Below are positions 27,761 to 44,945 of a DNA stretch of 64,000 nt, piece by piece; the first letter of the stretch is position 1; each line of letters begins with the position of its first letter. The position numbers and the translations under genes are program-made. The notes below the pieces were generated by a model. The model worked only from the letters and a program-made list of their open reading frames with translations. It searched no databases and was not told where the DNA came from. The stretch is from assembly GCF_009914755.1 (NCBI RefSeq), contig NC_060941.1; one strand, written 5' to 3'. This DNA comes from the human T2T-CHM13v2.0 reference genome, Homo sapiens.

Positions 27761-30700
27761 GGAATTCATCAAGGAAGAAACATGACCCACAGAGAGGAGA
27801 CAGAAAAGCCACCAACCTCTGAATTGGTGAGTAGCCAAGGGGGGCTCCCCACCCAAGGAAAATAGTGAGTAAGCAAGAGCCACTGGTGACTCACCCTTCT
27901 GCCATCGACTTTTGAAATCCTGGGCACAGAAAATCCCCTGACACCCTCCCCACAGGGCTCCCCAACTGACACAGAGAGCTGCATGGAGTCTGGGCAGAGC
28001 CTCCAGTCAGGCCCACATAAAACCCTAAGGGCCTTGGACCCCTGAGCACCACAGTGCCAGCTGCTATAGCTCTGCCACCAGAAGAGGCCAGACTCTCTCA
28101 CATGCCCCCAGGATAGGGGCCATATCTACAGTGCTGAGGAGTAGACAGACTCACCTCCCGTAGAGGCCTCACCTCCACTACACCTTGCCTGGTAATGCCC
28201 ACTGGCCTGGGTCCCAGTGCAGCCACTTACCCCCTGCCTGAGCACTCAGGCTAATTGCAACTCTGCAGACAGACCTCCTAGAAGTAACTGTCAGGCCTGC
28301 TGTTTCTGCAATTGTCATGGCCCCTGCGCCTCTACCTCTCTCAGGCTAGGGAGGGACTGAAGAGCCCAAGAACTATCATAGGCTTCTAGCACACCACAGC
28401 TGCCTTGCAGAAAGTGGGCAAACTGTTTTCCACGTGGGTCCCCCTCCCTGCTGCACCTCACTGGGTAGGGTTTCCTGACCTGGGCTCCCAGCACAGCCAT
28501 CCTGCCCCTTCCACCAGGAGGGATTGCTTCAGTCAGTGGCATCTCTGCATCTCTCTGAGATGGAGCTTTCAGGGGTAACCCACAGGCTCTCTGCCATTGC
28601 CACTTTAGCAATACCACCATTGCTGCCCTTGGTATGGGCAAAGAATAAAGACCCTGATTGCTTTGCCAGCACCTCCAGTGTACCACAGCCACCAGATGGA
28701 GAGAAGTCCAGTTTCTCTTTTCTGTGAGATTCTGGCTCCCTGCTTTTCACCAGACGGAGCCCCAGGTTTAAGCCCACAGTTCGGCCACCTCACCTTTGGC
28801 TGAAGATTCTCATTGGCAGTGGCTCTGCATCTCTCTGGGGTGGAGTTCCCAGAGGCAGCCCTTCTGCCATTACTACTGCAGTGATACTGCCCTTGCTGCC
28901 CCCAGGCTGGGGAAGAAACAAAGTGCCTGAGTGCTTTGCTCACACCTCCAGCAGGCCACAGCCACCATATGGAGGGAAGCCCAGTCTCTCTTCCCAGTTG
29001 GCCCCAAATGCCCTGCTCTTCACCAGGCAGGGGTCCCAGCTTGGGCCCACAATGCAGCTGCTCCATTTCTGACTGATCATTCTGATTGGCAGCAGCTCTG
29101 CATGTCTCTGACGTGGTACCCTAAGAGACAAGTGAAAGGCTTTCTGCCATTGCCATTGCCAAGTTCCCCAATGCTGCTGTTCCCAAGCTGCGGAGAAAAT
29201 GAAAAGCCTGAGTTCACCCCAGAGCTATGGTGCACAAGGCTATGGGATAGGACTGCCAAGCCAAGACCTATGGCTTAAGTGGAGGACCAGCATAAAATCG
29301 CTGAAATGACAGAGAATTCAGAACCTGGATGCCAATGAAGATCATCAAGATTTTGAAGAAAGTTGAAACCCATTTCAAGGAATCTAAAAAATTCAGTAAA
29401 ACTATTCAAGAGGTGAGAGATGAAATAGCCTTCTTAAGAAGGAACAAAACTGATCTGATGGAGCTGAAAAACTCACAAAAATAATTTTGTAATACAATCA
29501 GAAATATTAACACCAGATGAGACCAAGCTGAGGGAAGAATCTCAGAGCTCAAAGACCAGTTCTTTGAATTAATTCAGTCAGACAAAAATAACTGTAAAAG
29601 ATTGTTTTTCATGAAAAAAAACCTTTGAGAAATATGGGATTATGTGATGACACCGAATCTACAACTCATTGGCATCTCTAAAAGAAAGGAAGAAAGAACA
29701 AGTAACCTGGAAAACATTTTTTAGGATACTATCCATGAGAATTTTCTTAACTTTCCTAGAGAGGTTGAAATTCAAATTCAGAAAATTCAGGGGACCCCTG
29801 GGAGATAGTACACAAGATAACCATCCCCAAGACATTCAGTCATCAGATTCTCCAAGGTCAATGTGAAAGAAAAAATATTAAAGGCAGCTAGAGACAAGGG
29901 TCAGGTCACTTACAAAGGGAACTCCATCAGGTTATGAGCAGACATTCCAGCAGAAACCATACAAGCAAGACAAAAGCAATTGGGGGACCTATATTCATCA
30001 TTCTCAAAGAAAACAAACTCCAACCAAGAATCTAATCACACCAAACTAAGCTTCATAAACAAAAGATAAAAGATATCCTTTCAGACAAGCAAGATAATTC
30101 ATTACCACCAAACCTGCCTTAAAAGAGATTCTTACGGGTGTGTTAAACATGGAAAGGAAAGACTATTACTGGCCACCACAAAAAACACACTGAAGTACAT
30201 GGGCTATTTACACTACAATGTAAATACACAATCAAGTTTACGTAACAAACAGCTAACAACACAATGTCAGGATCAAATCTCCACTTATCAATATTAACCT
30301 TGAAAAAGAATGTGCTAAATACCCCACTGAAAAGGCACAGAGTGACAAGTTAAATAAAGAAGCAAGACCCAACTGTATGCTGTCTTCAAGAGACCCATCT
30401 CACATGCAACAACATCCACAGGCTCAAAGAAAACAGATGGAGAAAGATCTACCAAGCAAATAGAAAACAAAAAAGAGCAGAAGTTACTATTCTTTTTTCA
30501 GACAAAACAGACTTTAAATTAACAATGATCAAAAAAGACAAAGGGCATTTCATGATAAGGGGTTCAATTCAGTAAGAAGACTTAACTATCCTAAATGTTA
30601 ATTATATACACCCAACACTGGAGCACGCAGATTCATAAAACAAATTCCTAGAGACTTATGAAGAGACTTAGATAACCACACAATAATACTGTGAGACTTT

Positions 30701-31130
30701 AAAACCCCACCAAAAGTACTGGACAGATCACCAAGGCAGAGTACTTACAAAGATATTTAGGACCTAAACTTGACACTTAACCAAATGGACCTAACAGTCA
30801 TCTACAGAACACTCCAGCCAGCAAAACCAGAATATACATTCTTCTTATCTCCACATGACACATACTCTACAATTGACCACCACACACTTGGCCATAAGGC
30901 AACTCACAACATATTCTAAAGAATCAAAATCATACCAACCACACTATCGGACCACAGTGCAATAAAAATAGATATCAATACCAAGAAGACCTCTCAAAAC
31001 CATACAATTTAATAAAAAATTAAATAAGTAGCTGCTGGATGACTTTTGGGTAAAGAATAAAATAAAGGCTGGAATCAAGAAATTATGTGAAACTAATAGA
31101 AACAAAAATACAACATACCTAAATCACTGA

Positions 31131-31550
<420 letters not shown>

Positions 31551-32093
31551 TAACCACAAATCAACCTCAAAGCTAGAAGACAAAAAATATCAAACAGAAT
31601 GAAATGGAGATTTAAAAAACTGGACAAAAATCCAGTGAAACTTATTTCTGAAATAATAAATAAGATTGATAGACTGCTAGCTAAAGGAAAAAAGATGATC
31701 TACCTAAACATGATAAAAAGTGACAAAGGAAATACTATCACTGATGCCACAGAAATACATGAAACCATTAGAGACTATTATGAACACCTTTATGCACGCA
31801 AACTAGAAAACACAGAAGAAATGGATAAATACCTGGAAACATATAAACTCCCAAAACTGAGCCAGGAAGAAATTAAAACCATGAAAAGACCAATACTGAC
31901 TTCTGAAATTGAATAAATAATAAAAAGCTTACGAGAAAACACTCTGGACCAGATGGATTCACAGCCAAATTCTACCAGACATATAAAGAAGAGCTAGTAC
32001 CAGTTCTACTGAAACTATTCCATAAAAAGGAGGAGGAGAGACTTCCTCTTAACTCATTCTATGAGGCCAGCATCATTCTGACACCAAAACCTA

Positions 32094-32420
<327 letters not shown>

Positions 32421-33480
32421 ATATATATATAAATATATTTATGTAACTATAAATGTAAATATATATAAACTGAATCCAGCATCACATCAGAAAAGCTAAT
32501 CCACCATGATCAGGTAGGCTTTATTCCTGGGATGCATGGTCAAACACCCTCAAAAACTAGGCATCAAAGGTACGTACCTCAAGATAATAACAACCATCTA
32601 TAACAAACCCACAGTCAACATCATACTGAAAGGGCAAAAGCTTGAAACATTCCTTTTGAGAACCAGAACAAAACAAGGATACTCACGCTCACTATTCCTA
32701 TTAAATACTGGAAGTCCCAGCCAAAGCAATCAGGCAGAGGAAAGAAATAAAAGTCATCCAAATAGGAAGAGTGGAAGTCAAATGATTTCATTTCACAAAT
32801 GATATAATTCTATACTTAGAAAAGCCCACAGTCTCTGCCCAAAGACTCCTAGATCTGATAAAGAACTTCAGTAAAGTTTCAGCATACAAAATAAATGTAT
32901 GAAAATCAGTAACATTTCTATACACCAATAACATCTGATTGAAAATACAATTCTATTCACAATAGCCACCAAAAGAATAAAATACCTGGAAACACAGCTA
33001 ACCAGGAAGGCAAATGATCTCTACAAAGAGAATTATGAGCTATTGTTAAAAAAAAAAATTAGAGATGACAAAAGCAAACAGAAAAACATTCCATGCTCAT
33101 GGATAGGAAGAATGAATATTGCTAAGATGGCCATACTACCAAAAGAAATTTACTTTTGAATTCCATGTTATTCCTAACAAACTACCAACAACATTTTTTA
33201 TGGAATTTTTTTAAAAATGAAAAAACTTATTTGAAACAAAAAAAAAGAGCCTGAATACTCAAAGCTATTCTATGCAAAGGAACAAAGCTGGAGTCATCAT
33301 ACTACCCAACTTCAAACTATACTACAAGGCTACAATACCTAAAAGAGCATGGATACTGGTACAAAAATAGACTCACAGACCAAAGGAATAGGCTAGAGAA
33401 CCCAGAAATAAAACCACACATCTAAAACCATCTGATTTTTCACAAAGCCAACAATAACAAACAATAAGGAAAGGACTGCC

Positions 33481-33782
33481 CATCAGGCATGGTGGCTCAT
33501 GCCTGTAATCCCAGCACTTTGGGAGGCCAAGGCGAGTGGACCACCTCAGGTCAGGAGTTTGAGACCAGCCTGGCCAATATGATAAAATGCCATCTATACT
33601 AAAATTACAGAAATTAGCCGGGCGTGGTGGAGGGTGCCTGTAATCTCAGCTACTCTGGAGGCTGAGGCAGGAGAATCACTTGATCACTTGAACCTGGGGG
33701 AGGTTGCAGTAAACTGAGATCATACCATTGCACTCCAGCCTGGGCAATGAGTCAAACTCCATCTCAAAAAAAAAAAAAAAAG
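33481..33782 (+). mobile_element. AluS
   Basis: Dimeric Alu; TSD approximately 'ggaaaggactgcc' / 'ggaaaagactccc'. Confidence 0.9.
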
Positions 33783-34608
33783 GAAGGAAAAGACTCCCTG
33801 TTCAATAAATAGTGCTGGGATAACTGGCTAGTCATATGCAGAAGATTGAAGATGGACCGCTTCATTTATACCATATACAAAAATTAACTCAAGATGGATT
33901 AAAGACTTAAATATAAAACCTAAAAGTGTAAAAACCCTAGAAGAAAACCTAGGAAATACCATGCTGTACATTGGCCCTGGCAAAGACTTCAAAGACTCTA
34001 AAAGCAACTAAAACAACAAGAAGTTGATAAATGAGACCGGATTAAGCTAAAGAGCTTCAGCACAGCAAAAGAAACTACCAACAGAGTAAACACACAACCA
34101 ACAGAATGAGAAAAAAAACTTGCAAACTATGTTTTTCAGCAAAGGTTTAATATGTAGAATCTATTTAAAAAATCATAATTCACTTAGCAAAAAACAAACT
34201 TTATTAAAAATGAATAAGAACATGAACACTTCTGAAAAGAAGACACACATGCATCCAACATGCATATTAAAATGCTCAATATCACTAACCATTAGAAAAA
34301 TGCAAATCAAAACCACAAGATACCATCTCACATCAGTCACAGTAGCCATATTAAAAAGGCAAAGAACAATAGATGCTAGTGGGCAGTGAAGAGAAAGCTT
34401 ATACACTGCTAGATGGAATGTAAATTTTTCCAGGCACTGTGGAAAGTTCTCTGGAGATTTCTCAAAGAATTTAAAACAAAACTACCATCTGACCCGGCAA
34501 TTCCATTATTTGGTATATAGCCCCAAAATAGAAATCATTCAACTGTAAAGACACATACATGCTTATGTTAATCACAGTACTATTACAATACTATTTACAA
34601 TAGTACAA

Positions 34609-35045
34609 GTACTAGTACTACTGTACTAGTACACAGTACTATTTACAATAGCACTAAGTACTAGTACTGCTGTACCAGTACACAGTACTATTTACAATAG
34701 CACTAAGTACTAGTACTGCTGTACCAGTACACAGTACTATTTACAATAGCACTAAGTACTAGTACTGCTGTACCAGTACACAGTACTATTTACAATAGCA
34801 CTAAGTACTAGTACTACTGTACCAGTACACAGTACTACTTACAATAGCACTAAGTACTAGTACTACTGTACCAGTACACAGTACTACTTACAATAGCACT
34901 AAGTACTAGTACTACTGTACCAGTACACAGTACTACTTACAATAGCACTAAGTACTAGTACTACTGTACTAGTACACAGTACTACTTACAATAGCACTAA
35001 GTACTAGTACTACTGTACTAGTACACAGTACTACTTACAATAGCA
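34609..35045. repeat. 49-bp minisatellite, 9 copies, inside the L1 3' region
   Basis: Unit GTACTAGTACT(A/G)CTGTAC(C/T)AGTACACAGTACTA(T/C)TTACAATAGCACTAA starting at 34609, 34658, ... 35001. Confidence 0.95.
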
Positions 35046-35098
35046 AAGACATGGAATCATCAGATGTCCTTCAATAAACAAATGGATTTTGCAAATGT

Positions 35099-35292
35099 GG
35101 TGTGTGTGTGTGTGTGTGTGTATATATAATTTCATTGTGTATATATAACTTCATTCTTTATATTTCATTGTATATACAATTTCATTGTGTATATATTTCA
35201 TTATATATATATAATGTAATATAGATGTATATTACACAATAATATACACAATCGTATTTCATTGTATATATATTTCATTTTATATATATACA
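35099..35292. repeat. (TG)n microsatellite followed by a degenerate TA-rich 'atttcattgtatatat' repeat
   Basis: Directly visible in the sequence. Confidence 0.85.
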
Positions 35293-35769
35293 CGCATGCA
35301 ATGAAACAGTATTCAGCCATAAAAAGATAAAATTCCGTCCTTTGTAGCAACAGGGATGAACCTGGAGGTCATTGTGTTAAGTAAAATAAGCCAGGCATAA
35401 AAAAAAATACTGCACATTCTCACTAATACATAGAATCTAATAAAGTTGATCTCATAGAAGTAGAGAGTAGACTGGTGATTACTAGAAGCTAGGGTGTGTA
35501 AGAGTGGAAATGAGAGAAGCAGCTAGGGTGGGTTGATATGGAAATGAGTGAAGAGGCTAGATTAGCCACAATGTATATGAGATAATCAGAGTTAACCAAG
35601 GAGTGGGTAAAATTAAAATGATCATGGTAATTATTTAGAGCACTAAAGAACAAACATTGATAATGTGAGATCTGTTGTTTTTTCCCAGATACATGAAACA
35701 CATTTCTTTGTTATTAAGATGAACATACTTTAAGCATAATGCTTGTTATGCTTAAAAATACCTTTTGTT

Positions 35770-36131
<362 letters not shown>

Positions 36132-36864
36132 TCAGAATCAGAAATCGAAGCCCCATGACCTCATCAGCTGTAACTCGGCCTTCATTCATGTAGTGATATT
36201 CCTCACTGTGGTAGACGGTTGGCCTCCAGATATGCTTGAATCACTGCACTTAGGGAATGAGTTCAAATGTAAGTCCTTGTCCTACATAAACAGAGTGACG
36301 ACGGGCCTGTGTAACACCTGTCTCCTGAGTGTACACCAGGCCAGCACCATCAGCCCCAGCAACTGCTGTTTGGCAAGGCTTAAACAGAAATTCACAAATA
36401 TCGTTATCAGTGTCATTTTTTTTTTGGTCCGTCAATTTTTCTTTCAGTCATAACATAATATTCTTCACTGTGGCTTCTTCCAATGTGACCCAGACCAGTC
36501 TACTTAAGGTCAGCAAATACTGTTCACTTTCTCCCGTGAAGTCCTTCATGAGGAAAGTATTTTTTATTCCTGACATTATCTAGGGATGTCTTCATTATAG
36601 GAATTACACTGCATTCAATTGCACACATGGTGATTCTTCTGTCCAGGCATCAGAGGCAATCTCAGCAACTTCACAGCACCAGTTTCTCTCCGTGAGCCTT
36701 CCCAGAGAAAAGGGCCACTCAGACCATCCAGCTGTTAAGTTAGCTACTTTCTGGTCATGTGCTGGGTGGAACTCATCATCTCATCCTTTTCAACACTGCT
36801 GTGGATGTGCAACCCAGTCATCCTGAGTGTGCAGAACCTTGTGGTCAATGTCTATGCCACTGTT

Positions 36865-39137
<2,273 letters not shown>

Positions 39138-39467
39138 CTAGTTGACATTCTCCAAAATATGCCAAGTGCTATAAAGCTTTAACAAGTTGGCGATGAAAAA
39201 ACATTCCTAAAAAATAGACTTCTCCTATAGTTAAATGTTCCAGTAGCCCTGAAGTTCCTTTTATCTTATTTAATAAAATGCATGGAATCACACTTTTATT
39301 ATAGTTACATGTTTTCAAAATGGATGCATCCGAGGACCATGTAATTTCTTTAATTCAGTGTCTACCATGGGTTGACATTTCTGTATCAAGTTTCTTACAT
39401 TTTTATTTTCATTTTATCTTGGTAGCAGAAAAGGTTTCTCTCAAAGTATACTATTATACTATAATTA

Positions 39468-39756
39468 TTTTTCTTTTGAGACAGAGTTTCACTCTGTAGC
39501 CAGGCTGGAAGGCAGTGGTGCAATCTCAGCTCACTGCAACCTCCACCTCCTGGGTTCAAGCAATTCTCCTGCCTCACCTTCCTGAGCAGCTGGGATTACA
39601 GACATGCACCACCACGCCCAGCTAATTTTTGTATTTTTAGCAGAGATGGGGTTTCTCCATGTTGGTCAGGCTGGTCTTGAACTCTTGACCTCGTGTTCTG
39701 CCCGCCTCAGCCTCCCAAAGTGCTGGGATTACAGATGTGAGCCACCACACCCTACC
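39468..39756 (-). mobile_element. AluS
   Basis: Reverse dimeric Alu. Confidence 0.9.
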
Positions 39757-39989
39757 TTGATTGTTAATATTGCTTAACAGTCTTCTATTAGTAATAAAAT
39801 TTCTCAGGGTTTTTACTTTTGAAAACATTTTAATTTACTCTTATTTATGAAAGGTAGTTTAGCTAAATACCCAGTTTTAGCTTTTATACCATGCTTGTTC
39901 GTTGGAACCTCCCTGGCTGTAAATATTGGATTTTACATTTAACCTAGAATTTATTTTAAAGGGTTTTAAATATTTACATAATTAGATAT

Positions 39990-41500
<1,511 letters not shown>

Positions 41501-44275
41501 ATAGCACTGGCACACAAACTCAAAACTAAAGCGTTCTTCAAAGTGACACAAATTATCCTCAATATTAAGAAAACTTAAAGAAAACATCCTATTTGTAAAA
41601 ATAGAAGCAGAATAAGACTGGTCTGATTGCACTGCTAGGAAATCTATTTTGGAAACTTGTTATTAAATTCTTGGTTAAAATTCTGAATGTCCACTTTTCT
41701 TTCCCTGTGTCAGCAGTGGGTGAGATTCTGGGTGTGGGTAAGGGTGGGGAGTCACCTGCAAGTACCTGAAGCCAAGAGCATGACTGCTCACTAGTGTAAT
41801 GTTTATGATTGCCGGCATGTAAATATTTCACTGGGTTATTCCTTTTTTTAAAAGCATATGACTACCATATGGTAATATTACTCTAAAAGGAAGAATAATT
41901 CCTTAAAATCATCAAAAACCCAGCATCTATGAACTCCGTGGTCTTTTTCCTAAGCTGACATGCAGTGCTCAGCTGCACATGCATTTCCCTATGTGAAGTT
42001 GCTTTCAGAAGTGGCCCTGAGACATTTCCTTCAGTTCAGCCCACTCTATCTGCTGCCTCCTTGGTACAGAGCATCTGCCATTTTTGGCAGCTGGTCAACC
42101 TCTGGCCATGCAGAAGATGGAAACTGCATGGCCAGGCCCATCCAACACACACAGGTTACAGGAGTAGGCCAAGAGCACACACCTTTCCCTTGGTCTCCCT
42201 CTTATTCCCCACTGCCTCTGCTCCTCTGCCATTATTATTCTCCTCCCCTGAAGATCATGTCTCAACCCTATTTTGATATCCAGTGGCTTCAGAGCCTTCC
42301 AAAGCTCCTCTCTAAAACATCCCTGTGTAATTCTTATCTCAGGAACTCCTTTCAATGAAGCCTGTTAGGAAGGAACTTGTCTGGTCTTTGGAATTAAGCT
42401 GCTTTCACTCACATGTCATCTGACTTCTAAGTGTGCACCAGGGAAGCCTTCAGAACACCAAGATGTGGAGCTGGCAACTGCTATCAGAGCTGCTCAATTT
42501 CAAAAACAGAAGGAAAATATGCTTTTCCAGCTTATGATACAGCTGTTGTCTTTCCGACCTATGTTTGTCTTCAGTTTAACAGTGAACAAAGACGGAACTC
42601 TTTGTACTCTGGAGGGAGTAGAGGATCTTAGTGCATACTTAAGTAGCTCCATTTGATAAATTCTTCTGGAAGGAAGCATTAACAGGTGTAGAATGTATCA
42701 GCTTTTATGAAAAGTATACTAGCACACACTATACTAGGGTTAAAACCTGAACTGCCTTTCTGCTATTAAGAGATGTGTCTTGCAGAACATACAACATGAT
42801 AATGATAACAACAACTGTAGCTAATATTTATTGAGAGGCTGCTTGCAGAGCTGGTATCTGAGCCTAGGCTGTGCCACTCTAGAGTCTATGCTTTCATTAA
42901 CCATTCTGTCTACTGTCCTTTAGTGGAGAGTGGACAGTCCTGGCCTAGTTACTGACATAAAACATGGTTGTATATGGAAGAAATTTTAAGGCCAAGTTGA
43001 AGAGATTCAATTGTGACTATGTTGCAGCAAAGAAATAACTATGGGTGAAACTAATAATTGGGTGGTTTGCAGCCTAGCATGACTTCCTCTTGGAATTGAA
43101 ATGTTCCAAAGCATTTCTGGAAACCCCATCTAGCTAAAGAAACCATTATTTGAATTTTGTTCTTTTGGAATGATATTCAGTCCTCTTCTAGAATCAGACC
43201 TCGCTAGCAGTTATGTAAACCTTTTCAGGTTGCAGGGGTACCACTGTGAAAGGGAATGCAAAGGTTTCTATTATTCTTGACATGGAAAGCAGGCTGAGAA
43301 AGGCAGACACATCAGATTTTAGTAACAGGATACAGATTCAGGCTCCAAAGAGAATCTCTAATATAGAAAAGAATAAAATGGGGGTAGGTAGTGTGTGGCA
43401 ACAATATGCTTGCTCTGCAATGCAGTGACAGAGACACTGCTTCCAGAGGGACCTTCAGTCCCTGATCCCTGGGACAGGCTGAATGGTGGTGTGCGTGGGG
43501 AGCTGAAAAGAGGTGCAGGAGAAAGTGCTGTGGCCTCGGAAGGAAGGAACATGACAGATGTCCACAGCACAGAAGCATCCTGCTGGCAGAGGTACAGAGC
43601 ATTCATCAGTGTCGGTCTCCAAAGAGAACGCTCAGAAACTGAGCTTGGGTACTTGTGTGTGCTGTAAAGAGGGTAACAGAGAAGGCAATCAAGGACAGAA
43701 AAAAACAAATGGCAGCCTTCAGAATGGAGGGGTTTGGCAACCCAAAGGATCTGGCTGCCTTCTGTCAAGGAGAAGTAAAGTGGAGGGAAAAGCCTATATT
43801 CCTATGCTTCAGGGGCTACTGCCAGAGAAATAAGAGCTTTCCTTAGTCTCTATCTTCCTTAATTAAGCCTCTTCTCAGTACCAAGTGGAATCCTCTTTCA
43901 TATAAAAAAATAGGACAAATGTAATACATGAATGATATAGAGATAAATCGGCTCCCTAGACATAGCTCAGTACAGGCAGTCTCAAATTTTCCATGGCAGT
44001 GAAGGGTGTTGCATCAGGAAATTTCCAGCAGCTTCCTTTTGAGAAGGCAAGAAGCAAAAGTCACTGGTTATAGCCACAAACTTCCTAAACTCTTTGCTGC
44101 CTTGAAAAACTGTGCCCATGGGTGGAAAAAGTCCTAAACTGTGCCCATGGGTGAAAATAAAACCCGCTGCCCAGATTTCTGGAGAAGTGGTTCTAGGTCT
44201 GCACTGGGCCTTATTTTTTCATCTGCAAAATGCGGGGTACAGGTGGAGAACAGAAATGGCTTAAAGAAGTTCCCA

Positions 44276-44562
44276 GCTCAGGCGCAGTGCCTCATGCCTG
44301 TAATCCCAGCAATCTGGGAGGCCGAGGTGGGAGGACTGCTTGAAGCCAGGAGTTTGAGACCTGAACAACATGGCAAGACCCTATCTCTACAAAAAATAAA
44401 ACAACAATTAGCCAGGCGTGGTTGCTGATGCCTGTAGTTCTAGCTACTCAGGAGGCTGAGGCAGGAGGATCCCTTGAGCCCAGGAGTTGAAGGCTGCAGT
44501 GAGCTATGATCATGCCACTACACTCCTGCCTGGGTGATGGAGACCATGTCTGTTGAAAAAAA
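44276..44562 (+). mobile_element. AluJ
   Basis: Dimeric Alu with J diagnostics. Confidence 0.87.
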
Positions 44563-44626
44563 ATCTTAAAAATTAAAAATCAAAAAGAAGTCCCCAAATC
44601 TGTGGGTGCCTTAAAATCTCAAATTA

Positions 44627-44945
44627 GGGCTGGGCTCGATGGCTCAGGCCTGTAATCCCAACACTTTGGGAGGCCAAGGCGGGTGGATCACAAGTCAGGA
44701 GTTCCAGACCAGCCTGGCCAAGATGGTGAAACCCCATCTCTACTAAACATACAAAAATTAGCCTGGCATGGTGGTAGGCACCCGTAATCCCAGCTACTTG
44801 GGAGGCTGAAGCAGAGAATTGTTTGAACCAAGGAGGCAGAGGTTGCAGTGAGTCAAGGTCGCTCCATTGCACTCCAGCCTTGGTGACAGAGCAAGACTCC
44901 ATCTCCAAAAAAAAAAAAAAAAAAAAAATTATATATATATATATA
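44627..44945 (+). mobile_element. AluS
   Basis: Dimeric Alu with poly(A) and (TA)n tail. Confidence 0.9.

Noticed and set aside
34609-35045. CRISPR-like array of palindromic repeats
   Set aside because: Units are contiguous with no unique spacers, there are no cas genes, and the context is a human L1; it is a minisatellite.
41960-43846. Several 60-136 aa ORFs in non-repeat sequence
   Set aside because: No recognisable homology or splice structure; lengths are compatible with chance.
44106-44158. Two-copy direct repeat 'aaactgtgcccatgggtg'
   Set aside because: Simple local tandem duplication with no further structure.
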